Assembly: GCA_964612665.1 (NCBI GenBank)
Contig: CAZTCI010000003.1
Coordinates: forward strand, 336,273-400,272
Origin: an uncultured Planctomycetales bacterium
Lineage (GTDB): Bacteria; Omnitrophota; Gorgyraeia; Zapsychrales; JAHFFX01
Direction of reading: 5' to 3'
Length of the DNA: 64,000 bases
This document shows, piece after piece, positions 46,076 to 55,510 of the stretch. Under the pieces are notes generated by a model. It was not told the DNA's origin and made no database searches. It was given only the letters and a program-made list of their open reading frames with translations. Positions within the stretch are counted from its first letter, which is position 1; each line of letters opens with the position of its first letter. Both the position numbers and the translations under genes were made by a program.

Positions 46076-46182
46076 GTTCCACTCCTTTTTGTGGTTTTTG
46101 CGTCTTTTAGACAACAAAGAAAATAAAAAAGTTTCTAGCCATCTTAAAATTTACGGGAAAGCAGCCCGTCTATCGATTAATT

Positions 46183-46527
46183 TCAAATCCGGCTCGAATT
46201 ATGAGCCATCATAGAGCGGCAGGCTTCCGCACATTGATAACACATGATAGCGCATTCCTCGCATTGTTCCAATCTTTGATGCTTAGCACATTCATCACCC
46301 GAAGCTTCACAAATATCTGCACAAAGTGAACACAGCGCTTCGCCAAATAATGAATCCCGCGACACAAAGGCCGCGACTTGCCGGCAGATATCAGCGCAAT
46401 CACGGTTAAGTTCAATCGCCAGAGTTAAATCGGCAACATCTTCTTCATTAAGACAAGCCGCTGCGCAGCTTTCGCAAATAACAGCGCATTGATAACACAA
46501 ATCGATAAATTCTTTATGCGACATCAT
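46183..46527 (-). CDS. cysteine-rich four-helix-bundle copper-binding protein (DUF326, Csp3-like cytosolic copper storage protein)
   Basis: Repeated C-x3-C / C-x2-C helices (CYQCAVICESCAAAC, CADICRQ, CSLCADICEASGDECAKH, CEECAIMCYQCAEAC) and no signal peptide. The start is at MMSHKEF (46527), preceded by AAGGAGG. Confidence 0.7.
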   Translation of the reverse strand: MMSHKEFIDLCYQCAVICESCAAACLNEEDVADLTLAIELNRDCADICRQVAAFVSRDSLFGEALCSLCADICEASGDECAKHQRLEQCEECAIMCYQCAEACRSMMAHNSSRI

Positions 46528-46643
46528 ATAACGCCTCCTTTCTCTTAGGGAAAACAATCCAATACAGACTAGCCCTCAAAAAAATTTTAATCATTAAAAG
46601 ATGAATTAGGGGTTAAAACAATATTAAAAAAGTTTCATGCAAT

Positions 46644-46676
46644 AAAAAAATCCCCTGCATTAAAAATATGCAGAGG
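46644..46676 (-). terminator. intrinsic terminator (CCCCTGCAT / ATGCAGAGG stem, then U7 on the minus transcript)
   Basis: Located downstream of the receiver gene at 46770. Confidence 0.4.
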
Positions 46677-46769
46677 AAATAGTTCTAGTCTCAGAAATCC
46701 GGTTCCACTAGTTATAAACTAGGCCCCCGGTCATTTAAAATACTCGTTTGGCTTCTTTAGAGAAAATTC

Positions 46770-47210
46770 TTAAACGAATTTCTCAATTTCTTTTATTAAC
46801 CGATCAGAGTATACATTTTTCGCGATAAAGCCATTTGCGCCGCAGCGAAAAGCGAAATCAATACTGTTTTTAGTATTGCTGGCGGTCAGCATTAAGATGG
46901 GAATACCAAAATTGCTGTTTGTCTTAAGCTCCATACACAGCTCGTAGCCGCTTAAAAATGGCAATACCACGTCGAGTAGAATCAAATCGGGTTTTTCATT
47001 CTCAATTTTATTAAAGCCTTCTTCAGCGTTTTCCGCTGTGATAACTTGATAAGATTTATTTTCGAGCTCCCGTTGAATTTGTCTCAAGAACCCGCGGTCA
47101 TCATCAATGACTAAAATCTTAGCAGCATAACGGTCTAACATTACTTGAGGGCTTTCTTCTGTTTCCCTAAAAGAATCGAGCCGATTTTCTTGTATTTTTA
47201 ATTGATTCAT
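46770..47210 (-). CDS. single-domain response regulator (CheY-like receiver)
   Basis: REC domain with ILVIDDD ... LILLDVVLP ... the phospho-acceptor Asp and the conserved Thr/Lys. Confidence 0.8.
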   Translation of the reverse strand: MNQLKIQENRLDSFRETEESPQVMLDRYAAKILVIDDDRGFLRQIQRELENKSYQVITAENAEEGFNKIENEKPDLILLDVVLPFLSGYELCMELKTNSNFGIPILMLTASNTKNSIDFAFRCGANGFIAKNVYSDRLIKEIEKFV

Positions 47211-47313
47211 AATGGCCTTCCTTTCAATTTAAGAACGTCGCAGATCAGATCGCACATGAATTAATGAAGCAACCCGCAAATCTGCAGTTAGCTATAGTTT
47301 AACAGTCTTATTT

Positions 47314-47712
47314 CTAATTTTTTTGATTGTGAGGTTGAATTTTATGAATTACTTCCCGGGCGGTTTGTGTTAATTCATCGCCCAATAATGGTTTTCTTAA
47401 TATCTTGCGCATACCGCCGGCCTTCCAAAAAGCAGACTGGTTCTCCGAAATTTTCAGTGGATGTCCGGAAATAAGACAAACTTGTGTTTCCGGAGAAACT
47501 TTTTTAACGATGCTGCACACATCAACACCGGTCGTTCCAGGGAGGATAAGATCAACAAAAACTAAATCAAAATGTTCGTTTTCAATTTTAATTCGCGCTT
47601 GTTCAGCGGAATCAACAGTCTGCACAGCAAAGCCAGCATCTTCTAATTCAAGTTTATAGGCCCGTAAAATAATTCTTTCATCATCAACAATCAGAATTTT
47701 CCCTTTTTCCAT
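47314..47712 (-). CDS. single-domain response regulator (CheY-like receiver)
   Basis: REC domain with ILIVDDE ... DLVFVDLILPG. Confidence 0.8.
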   Translation of the reverse strand: MEKGKILIVDDERIILRAYKLELEDAGFAVQTVDSAEQARIKIENEHFDLVFVDLILPGTTGVDVCSIVKKVSPETQVCLISGHPLKISENQSAFWKAGGMRKILRKPLLGDELTQTAREVIHKIQPHNQKN

Positions 47713-47724
47713 AATAGCCGCCTT

Positions 47725-50700
47725 TCACTTTTTCATCATTGGCAAAAGCACTGTAAACTTGGCCCCTTTTCCAGGTTCACTCTCGACGTTGATCTTACCC
47801 GAATGATTTTGAACAATCCCATACGTAACCGATAAGCCTAATCCGACGCCTTTCCCTTGTCCCTTGGTCGAAAAAAATGGATCAAAAATTTTAGGAAGAT
47901 CTTCTTTCTTAATCCCGACACCGGTATCAATAAATTCCATCCGGGCATGAGCGTCGAAACGACTGGTTTTAATAGTTAATTGCCCATCCTCACCAATGGC
48001 ATCTCGAGCATTGGTTAAAAAGTTTAAGACCACTTGCTGCAGCTGGGTGCGGTCGCCTTTAACCTTCGGCAGATCTTTGGCAAACTCTTTTTTTAATTTG
48101 ATGTTCCGGCCTTCAAGCTGGTTTTCACTGAAACTCAATGTAGATTCAATAATTTCATTCAAATCACAGTCGGTGAATTCGTTGCTCGATTCGCGGGCAA
48201 AACTGTTTAAATCCGAAACGATTTTCGCCATGTGCTGGGTCGCTTCGAACATCAAATTAAAATCTTTTTCCTCCGACTTATTTTGAACCCGTTTTTTTTG
48301 AACTTTAATCATGCTGACTAAACCCGCTAAAGGACTGTTAAGTTCATGCGCAACGCCGGCGGCGAGCTGGCCGATCGCGGTTAATTTGGTGTTTTGGATC
48401 AACTGCAGCTGCGATTCCTTTAGTTGAGCGTAAACATGTTTCATTTCTATCTCTGAGCGTTTATGGCCCGTAATATCTGTAATCAAAAGAAGAATGAATT
48501 TCTCAGATTCTTCTCGATTCGCAAGAGTCTTGTGAGGGACATGCTCTTGTATTTTGCGGGCATTAATTAGAAACGTCCGGTCGCCGATAATACGGAAATT
48601 TCTTGTAATTTCAACATCCTTGATTTCCCTATTCTCAGGGATGATACGCAAAAGCACGGAACGAAGAGTCTCATCGTCGATTTTTTGACCACCAAGTTCT
48701 TCCAAAAGTCGGGAGGCATCTTCTTTGGAATCGCTTCTGAATGTATCTTGAAAAGCTTTATTGACACTGACAATTCTAAGATTTTCGTTTAATACAACCA
48801 GCGGCTGCTGAACCGTCTCAATGATATTAACGGCATAGTTGCGGGCCGCCTTAGTTTCTTCAAAGGCGCTTTTAATCATATCGATATCAATTAAAACAAT
48901 AACGACACCGTCAATTTTATTTTCAAAAGTTTTATAAGGACGAATTAAGACAGAATACCAATGCCCCTTTTGGTCCTGGACTTCAAACTCTTTGACAGTA
49001 AACGTATCTAAAACCTCCTGAAGGGACTGCTCAATTTCAGGGATATCAACTTTTAATTTAAGATCTGTAATAGGCCGGCCAATATCCGTCGGCATAATGT
49101 TGAAAATTCTTTCGACACTGGGCGTTATCCGGCGGATCCTTAGATCATTGCCCAGCATAATAATCGGCATGTGAATACTGGCTAAAAGATTGCTCATGTC
49201 ATTATTAACGAGGCTTAGCTCGACGTTGCGGTTCTGCAATTCTTCATTGAGCGTCATTAGTTCTTCATTGGTTGATTGCAGTTCTTCTTTGGCGGTTTCC
49301 AGCTCCTCGTTGGTGGATTGTAATTCTTCGTTACCAGATTGAATTTCTTCGTTAGCGGATTTCAACTCTTCGTTGGTTTGTTCCTGTTCCTCAATAATCG
49401 CTTGAAGATACTCTTTGGTATTGACCAATTCTCGTTCCAGATGCTGAAGTTCCCGGTTTTTAAATCCCTTGGGAGGAACCAGCGGGGTTTTTTCTGAGAC
49501 TGAAGGAGTGTGCCGGGCGCTTTCAATTTGCCAGTCATTAAAAATGACCAGATAAAAATTTTCCTTCATGGTTGGCCGGATTATAGGGTAGACTTCAATG
49601 TCTATTGTCCGCGTTTCATCACCAGAACGGAAACGCACGCCTTCTTTTTTAACGACGATATTTTTTTTCTTAGCTTTATATAAAGCTGTTCTTAATTCCA
49701 ACAAGATGCCTTCCTTGGCCAGTTTCAAAATGTTAAATGTGGCTTTCCCCACCGGCGGCTTCAAATAAGGCACGGTTTCGCCCCTAAACTGAATGACTTC
49801 AAGGTCAGCGTTAACAATAATTCCCGACGGAACAAATTTATTGAGGATAATCCGGTTCGCTTCATCTTCAACATTAAAATCCTGTTCTTTTTTAATAGTA
49901 TCTTTTTTCCCCACAACTTCCTCCTGGGCCTTAATCCGATGAGTAAAATTCAAATCCGGACGGGTTGGCACATAGCGTTTTGCATAAAATTTTTGTTTGC
50001 GGTCTACCATATGAAATAAACTGGCAAACTCGCCTATGCTCTCAGAGGTCCCTAACAAAAGAAATCCTTTTGGTTTGAGAGCGTAATGAAATGTTGGAAT
50101 AATTTTCTTTTGAAGGATTGGTCCTAAATAAATCAGGACATTGCGGCAGCTGATCAAATCAAGGTTTGAAAAGGGCGGATCCTGAACTACATTTTGCCTG
50201 GCAAAGATACACAGGTCACGGATGTGTTTCACAATCTTATAATTTCCATCATCCATTTTAATAAAATATCGACGGAGAAGCTCCTGAGGGACCGAAACGA
50301 CCGCTGAAGCCGGATAAACACCCTGGCGGGCTTTTTCCAATGAACGATCGCTGACATCGGTTGCAAAAATTTGAATAGGCATTGCGCGTCCTTTGTCACC
50401 AAGATATTCCAGTAAACTCATCGTGACGGAATAGGTTTCCTCTCCTGTGGAACAGCCGCAGACCCAAATACGGATGGGCTCTTCGGGGTAACGTTCTTTC
50501 ATAATGCTGGGAAAAACAATTTTATTTAAAATCTCGTGGCTCTTGGGATCGCGGAAAAATCCAGTCACGTTAATTAAAATGTCATCAAAAAGATTTTCAA
50601 CTTCGCTTTGATCCGTTTTAAGTAAATTAACATAGTCCGCAAGATTTTCTTTTTTATGCAAAACTAGCCGCCGGACGATGCGTCTTTTGATGGTTGAGTG

Positions 50701-51471
50701 TTTATAAAAACTAAAATCAACGCCCATTTTATTTCTTAAAATTCCAAAAATCGTATTCAAGTCATTATCCGTCATGGTAATCAGCTGATCAATCTTAGCC
50801 AGTTTGGCATAATTCATGTACGGATGTAACGCGATCATGTTCAGTTCGCGTGAAATTTCTTTAGGAGAAAGAATAAAATCGACACAACCCGCCATAATGG
50901 CGTTACGGGGCATGCCGTCAAATTTTGCAGTCTTCGGATCTTGGGCAAAGGTGATTCCGCCTTCCGCTTTAATAGCCTTTAAGCCCAATGTTCCGTCGGA
51001 AGCAGTCCCAGAAAGAATAACGCCAATCGCCTGGCTTTTGCGTTCTTCAGCCAGTGATTGAAAGAAAATATCAATCGGCATGAAATGCTTTGTCAAAGCG
51101 TCCCGTCCCGTAAGTTTGAAGACGCCATCAACAAGGATCATGTTGTAATTAGCAGGAATGATATAAATATGATTCGGCTCAACCCGCATTCCATTCTTGA
51201 CTTCAATAACTGGTAAAGGGGTTGCTCCGGTGAGTAATGAAGCGAGAAGACTTTTGTGACTGGGAGAAAGGTGCTGTACAAAAACAATGGCTATGCTGCC
51301 ATGAGTGGAGAGGGTGTTTAATAATTCCCTAAAAGCCTCCATGCCGCCGGCGGATCCCCCGACGCCGATGATGGGGAAAGAAGATCTCTTCGTGGGTGTT
51401 TCGAGGATTTTAGTTACGTTAGCTATACTGGATTTTGGAAGGTTTTTCTTTTTCTTGTTTATTCTCAACAT
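47725..51471 (-). CDS. CheB methylesterase - CheR methyltransferase - coiled-coil - PAS - histidine kinase fusion protein
   Basis: 1248 aa. The CheB catalytic domain (GVGGSAGG ... HL), the CheR AdoMet-MTase domain (RIWVCGCSTGEETYS), heptad repeats NEELKSANEEIQSGNEELQSTNEELETAKEELQSTNEEL, PAS regions, HisKA (AAGVAHELNSPL), and the HATPase_c G-boxes. Confidence 0.8.
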   Translation of the reverse strand: MLRINKKKKNLPKSSIANVTKILETPTKRSSFPIIGVGGSAGGMEAFRELLNTLSTHGSIAIVFVQHLSPSHKSLLASLLTGATPLPVIEVKNGMRVEPNHIYIIPANYNMILVDGVFKLTGRDALTKHFMPIDIFFQSLAEERKSQAIGVILSGTASDGTLGLKAIKAEGGITFAQDPKTAKFDGMPRNAIMAGCVDFILSPKEISRELNMIALHPYMNYAKLAKIDQLITMTDNDLNTIFGILRNKMGVDFSFYKHSTIKRRIVRRLVLHKKENLADYVNLLKTDQSEVENLFDDILINVTGFFRDPKSHEILNKIVFPSIMKERYPEEPIRIWVCGCSTGEETYSVTMSLLEYLGDKGRAMPIQIFATDVSDRSLEKARQGVYPASAVVSVPQELLRRYFIKMDDGNYKIVKHIRDLCIFARQNVVQDPPFSNLDLISCRNVLIYLGPILQKKIIPTFHYALKPKGFLLLGTSESIGEFASLFHMVDRKQKFYAKRYVPTRPDLNFTHRIKAQEEVVGKKDTIKKEQDFNVEDEANRIILNKFVPSGIIVNADLEVIQFRGETVPYLKPPVGKATFNILKLAKEGILLELRTALYKAKKKNIVVKKEGVRFRSGDETRTIDIEVYPIIRPTMKENFYLVIFNDWQIESARHTPSVSEKTPLVPPKGFKNRELQHLERELVNTKEYLQAIIEEQEQTNEELKSANEEIQSGNEELQSTNEELETAKEELQSTNEELMTLNEELQNRNVELSLVNNDMSNLLASIHMPIIMLGNDLRIRRITPSVERIFNIMPTDIGRPITDLKLKVDIPEIEQSLQEVLDTFTVKEFEVQDQKGHWYSVLIRPYKTFENKIDGVVIVLIDIDMIKSAFEETKAARNYAVNIIETVQQPLVVLNENLRIVSVNKAFQDTFRSDSKEDASRLLEELGGQKIDDETLRSVLLRIIPENREIKDVEITRNFRIIGDRTFLINARKIQEHVPHKTLANREESEKFILLLITDITGHKRSEIEMKHVYAQLKESQLQLIQNTKLTAIGQLAAGVAHELNSPLAGLVSMIKVQKKRVQNKSEEKDFNLMFEATQHMAKIVSDLNSFARESSNEFTDCDLNEIIESTLSFSENQLEGRNIKLKKEFAKDLPKVKGDRTQLQQVVLNFLTNARDAIGEDGQLTIKTSRFDAHARMEFIDTGVGIKKEDLPKIFDPFFSTKGQGKGVGLGLSVTYGIVQNHSGKINVESEPGKGAKFTVLLPMMKK

Positions 51472-51599
51472 GACTTCTTCTCAATTCGTTTATTATATGC
51501 AAAGGTATTATACAGTTTCACAACGCATTTAACGAGAAAAAGATTTTCTTTACCGGCTCCTTTCCCTATATATATATGGGTTACATCAATAAATAAAAT

Positions 51600-52235
51600 T
51601 TAGTGAATATTAAAATGCGAAAACCACCATAATTTCTCCATATCGGCTACATTTCCTATATATGGACGGACCGGGCCAAACAAATCAACGACATCCCCGA
51701 CGCAGATCATTTTAAAACCATATATCCGCAGCAGAGCTAAAAGTCCTTTTTCCATAAGCGCACACCAATGAGTAATCCCCAGGCGGGTGGTTTCTTCAAA
51801 CATTTTCTGGCATAATCCATAAACAATAGTGCCGTAATCACCAAGCTTTGCCGAGCGGTGACTTCCTTTAAGTCTTTTCATATTAGAGTTACATAATCTT
51901 TTAGAAATTAACAGGCGGGAAATTTCAGTAATGGAATTTGGGGAGACATCGAATTCGTTATGAAGCTTGGGGAATAATTCGAGGAGCGGCGATCTTTTTT
52001 CAGTATTCAATATCATCCGCGAAGTTGCTACAACCACATTATCCTCGTCCATCGCGACAAAATGGATCGAATGCTTGTCATATTCATCGCATTCTAATTT
52101 TTGAGGAAAATCTTCTTCCCGAATGAAGTTACATTGCTGCGAATAGACTTCGAAACGAAGACGATAGATTGCGTCCATGACGTGTTTTTCACACGGATCG
52201 ACCTTCTTAAATGAAAAACGGTGAGAAGAAGTCAA
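51600..52235 (-). CDS. GNAT-fold autoinducer-synthase-like N-acyltransferase (resembles exosortase-system-associated N-acyl amino acid synthase family)
   Basis: 211 aa with an RFEVYSQQ motif and a FemAB/autoinducer-synthase-like acyltransferase core. It lies next to a PEP-CTERM protein gene. Confidence 0.5.
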   Translation of the reverse strand: MTSSHRFSFKKVDPCEKHVMDAIYRLRFEVYSQQCNFIREEDFPQKLECDEYDKHSIHFVAMDEDNVVVATSRMILNTEKRSPLLELFPKLHNEFDVSPNSITEISRLLISKRLCNSNMKRLKGSHRSAKLGDYGTIVYGLCQKMFEETTRLGITHWCALMEKGLLALLRIYGFKMICVGDVVDLFGPVRPYIGNVADMEKLWWFSHFNIH

Positions 52236-52439
52236 AACACGAACCTATTTACTCAGTTATTTTTTTACTTAGATGTTAGCGAGACAACGGGGATTTAACT
52301 AAAGGGCATAGCAATGAAAAAACAAAGGCGAGACGTTCCTAAATGATTTTTAAAATAAATATGCGTTCACATAATAACACACAAAATTTAAAAATAAAGT
52401 TATAATTTAATTTTCTTTAGGTTAAGTTTTACATCTAAG

Positions 52440-52467
52440 TTGCTGCAAAGAATCGATGCGTTATAAT
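52440..52467 (+). promoter_or_regulatory. sigma70-like promoter (TTGCTG - 16 nt - TATAAT) for the ligase gene
   Basis: The -35/-10 hexamers lie about 30 nt upstream of the GAGGG SD and the ATG at 52497. Confidence 0.4.
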
Positions 52468-52496
52468 AATGAGGGTATTTTGAAAGAACAGTAAAT

Positions 52497-53819
52497 ATGA
52501 TTTTAAAAAACGATTGTAGTGATCGATCACAAGAAATATCCGAAGAAAAAGCCGTCGCTGCGTTTAACCACGCGGTCAAACTTTTCCCTTCCTATCGTGC
52601 TTATCTTAAGAAAACAGGTTTTAAAAATGTTCCCATCAACGATATTAACGCCTTTAAGAAATATGTGCCTAGCCTAAATAAAGAATGGCTGTCAAAAAAT
52701 TCTTATCTCGCTGAGGTTTTAAAGAATTTTACGATTGATGAGCCTCCCACCTTTTTGATTTCTTCAGGCTCTTCTGGGGTTTTTTCTTTTGGCATTCATT
52801 CCCGGCGACAGGCTGTTCAACAAGCTCAATTCTTAAATATTTTTCTTCACAATTATTTTAATATCTTCACAGAAAGAACCCTAATTATCAATTGCCTCGC
52901 CCAGGGCGTGCATTTGCCTCCCGTGTCCGCAGCAATCACTGACATTGGACCACGGACCGAAGCACTGCTTTATTTATTGAAAACTTTTTCTCCCAACTTT
53001 GCGCAAACGCTGGTTGTCGGGGACAATTACTTCATTAAGAATTCTTTGGAGCAGGGTTTAAATGATGGCCTGGATTATTCAAAGATGCGTCTTCATCTGA
53101 TTTTAGGTGGCGTTTATCTGCCTGAAGCCCTGCGTGATCATCTTTACAAGCTGATTAACCCCAAAAAAAATTCAGGCACCCATTCTGTTTTTTCTTCCAT
53201 GGGAATTTCCGAATTCGGTTTAAATCTTTTCTTTGAAAGCCATGAAACAATCCGCTGGCGCCAAGAACTAGAGGCAAACTCCGGGTTGATTGAAACCACA
53301 CTCAATAATTATCCCCAATATACGCCCATGGTATTTAATTATTTTCCTGATTCGATTTATATAGAGGAAGTTAATCAGCAATTAATAATCACGAACTTAG
53401 AAGAAGAATCCCCTCTACCTTTAATCCGTTATGAAAGTCAGGATAAAGTAAAGATAATTCCGCGAGAGAGTGAGCTGAATTCTAGTAAATCGTCTTTAGT
53501 TTTAATGTATGGGAAAGATGACAGTGTGAACTTTCGGGGCAAGAAAATTTATCCGCAGCAAATTCAACAAGGACTCTATGAAAATTTTAGAACGGCGTCA
53601 ACGGTGACTGGTTTATTCCGATTAAATAAGGCAAAAAACAGTCTAACTCTCGAAATTCAGCTCAAAAAAGGCGTTAAGTCAAACAAAACGCTGATTTGTC
53701 AATTTCAACAAGCGAGTATTTCTCACATTGATGTTGATATTCCGGTTGAAATATTTGCTTATGGAGATTTTCCGTGTGGAATGGAGTTAGATTATCAGCG
53801 GAAATTTAAATATTCTTAG
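52497..53819 (+). CDS. adenylate-forming enzyme of the PaaK/CapK/F390-synthetase family (phenylacetate-CoA-ligase-like)
   Basis: 440 aa. The N-terminal domain layout (…FPSYRAYLKKTGF…INAFKKYVPSLNKEWL), a P-loop-like ISSGSSGVF, and the size all match PaaK-like ANL enzymes. Confidence 0.5.
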   Translation: MILKNDCSDRSQEISEEKAVAAFNHAVKLFPSYRAYLKKTGFKNVPINDINAFKKYVPSLNKEWLSKNSYLAEVLKNFTIDEPPTFLISSGSSGVFSFGIHSRRQAVQQAQFLNIFLHNYFNIFTERTLIINCLAQGVHLPPVSAAITDIGPRTEALLYLLKTFSPNFAQTLVVGDNYFIKNSLEQGLNDGLDYSKMRLHLILGGVYLPEALRDHLYKLINPKKNSGTHSVFSSMGISEFGLNLFFESHETIRWRQELEANSGLIETTLNNYPQYTPMVFNYFPDSIYIEEVNQQLIITNLEEESPLPLIRYESQDKVKIIPRESELNSSKSSLVLMYGKDDSVNFRGKKIYPQQIQQGLYENFRTASTVTGLFRLNKAKNSLTLEIQLKKGVKSNKTLICQFQQASISHIDVDIPVEIFAYGDFPCGMELDYQRKFKYS

Positions 53820-53885
53820 GAAAGGCCGCAATTTTTGCCAATTTCTTGGTAAAAAACGGGCCTTTCCTAAGTTTTTAAGATTTCC

Positions 53886-54728
53886 TTAAACGGCTTCGCG
53901 TCTACGAAACTTCAACAATCCTAATAAACCACTTCCTAAAAGCATGATACTGCCTGGTTCAGGAATGGCATTAGTTTTTCCACGAATTGGATCTTCACTG
54001 TTAGCAAGCCAACCATAAGACCCAGGCGACTCAGTGTCAAACTGACCGAATAAGTCACGGCAGACGGTATTGCCACTATCGTCAGTAACACAAAAGGAGT
54101 TACTGTCAAACAATGACGCGTGCGAACCGCCAATGACATCGAGATAGAAAGCACCATCTCCAGTAAAAGGAGAAGTCGTGCTGTCTAAGTTCTCATCAAA
54201 GGTGATGTGGTCGTCCAGCGTGGAACCATTGCCGTATTTAATACCTGGAACGAGTTTGAGTCTAAGAAAAGGATCTCCATCCGTCACCGTGGGATATGAT
54301 GCTGGACCTGTCCGGGCTCCGGGACCTTGTGTTGGATCGAAGTTTTGGGCTTTATCAAGATAAACATCTATAAAACCGCCCACGGACTGGATGTTGATGT
54401 TGTTTCCTGTTGGAGAAGGTGTCACTTTCCAGAAATCATCATCTATTCCGTGATAAATACCCGTCAATTCTTCTCCGTCCTTTCCATCAAACCAAAGCGT
54501 TTGAGTCGCAGGGGATTTAATGGTGGCAATCTTGAAGATACCAAAAGCATCTTCTTGACCATCTGACTGTCCATAACCATTGGAACTAGATGTATAGAGT
54601 TTACCGTTTGAGAAATCCGTGAATTTAAATTCCAAAGGGCCAGAATAGTCATTAAGCAGAACGAAGGCTGAAGCTAGTGGGACATGACAGAACAACAATC
54701 CCAGCGTAAGTAAAAGCCACTTTCGCAT
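53886..54728 (-). CDS. PEP-CTERM sorting-domain secreted protein (exosortase substrate)
   Basis: Signal peptide MRKWLLLTLGLLFCHVPLASA. The C-terminus AIPEPGSIMLLGSGLLGLLKFRRREAV has the PEP motif, TM helix and Arg cluster. SD AAAGGAG. Confidence 0.85.
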   Translation of the reverse strand: MRKWLLLTLGLLFCHVPLASAFVLLNDYSGPLEFKFTDFSNGKLYTSSSNGYGQSDGQEDAFGIFKIATIKSPATQTLWFDGKDGEELTGIYHGIDDDFWKVTPSPTGNNINIQSVGGFIDVYLDKAQNFDPTQGPGARTGPASYPTVTDGDPFLRLKLVPGIKYGNGSTLDDHITFDENLDSTTSPFTGDGAFYLDVIGGSHASLFDSNSFCVTDDSGNTVCRDLFGQFDTESPGSYGWLANSEDPIRGKTNAIPEPGSIMLLGSGLLGLLKFRRREAV

Positions 54729-55480
54729 TGTCTTTCTCCTTTCTATGACATGACTTTAATGTAATTTGAGATGGAGCTGTAAATCATTTCTGTAACCCAA
54801 ACTTTACAATACACCAACTTTGTTACTTCTCGACGACAGAAATTAACAATACTTGGCGTCTTTATTGACTTTTGTGAATTCAAGAGATGAAACAGAAGTC
54901 AATTTAGGTCTTTTTCCTTGGATGAAAAGAATGAAGAAATGCGCTCTGGAGGGAAAAGCCCGATAAAATAATCGGCGTTAACATCGTTGTCTAAACTTCT
55001 CAAATTGGATTTGTCTCCAATAAAGTATTAGCAATAACTATGCCAAACTTGATTAAACGCATAATGAAACGCATACTTCTAAACGCTTCAAAGTTAGTAA
55101 GATAAAATTATTCATAAAAAATAATTTATGCACTTCATTATTTAATTTTTTTAATTTTGTTTATTTGTTTAAACAAAATTAATTCTTATTTTTAAAAAAG
55201 TTAAACGCTCGAGAAGATATCAGTGAAAATATAAAGTTTATTTTTTTAAACATTTATATTTAAAACTTTCTTTGTAAAAATTATTTAGTTGTTTAATTGA
55301 ACATTTTCTAACTAAAATTAAATTTCTGATTAGCAAAGCATAGAGAGTACTGCTAAATAAAAATAAAAAAATCAAAACACAAAAAATTCTTTAGAATTTT
55401 GATTATTTCGATTGAAAATCGAAAAGATATTGAAAATTAAATGAGGTGAGTTAAAAAAAATAGTTTGTAAAAATAAATTA

Positions 55481-55510
55481 GCGCGGTTAGTATAAAAAAC
55501 CCAACCGCGC
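55481..55510 (-). terminator. intrinsic terminator (GCGCGGTT / AACCGCGC 8-bp stem, U-rich tail)
   Basis: Lies 30 nt downstream of the rhodanese stop. Confidence 0.5.

Noticed and set aside
53818-53868. Possible terminator AGGAAAGGCC...GGCCTTTCCT between the convergent ligase and PEP-CTERM genes
   Set aside because: A 10-bp stem but a 31-nt loop and weak U-tracts. It is plausible but too weak to call confidently.
54840-54875. Possible sigma-54 promoter (TGGCGT-N5-TTGAC) near the PEP-CTERM gene
   Set aside because: It is on the wrong strand relative to the PEP-CTERM gene and only loosely matches the TGGCAC-N5-TTGC consensus. No convincing -24/-12 element was found on the minus strand.
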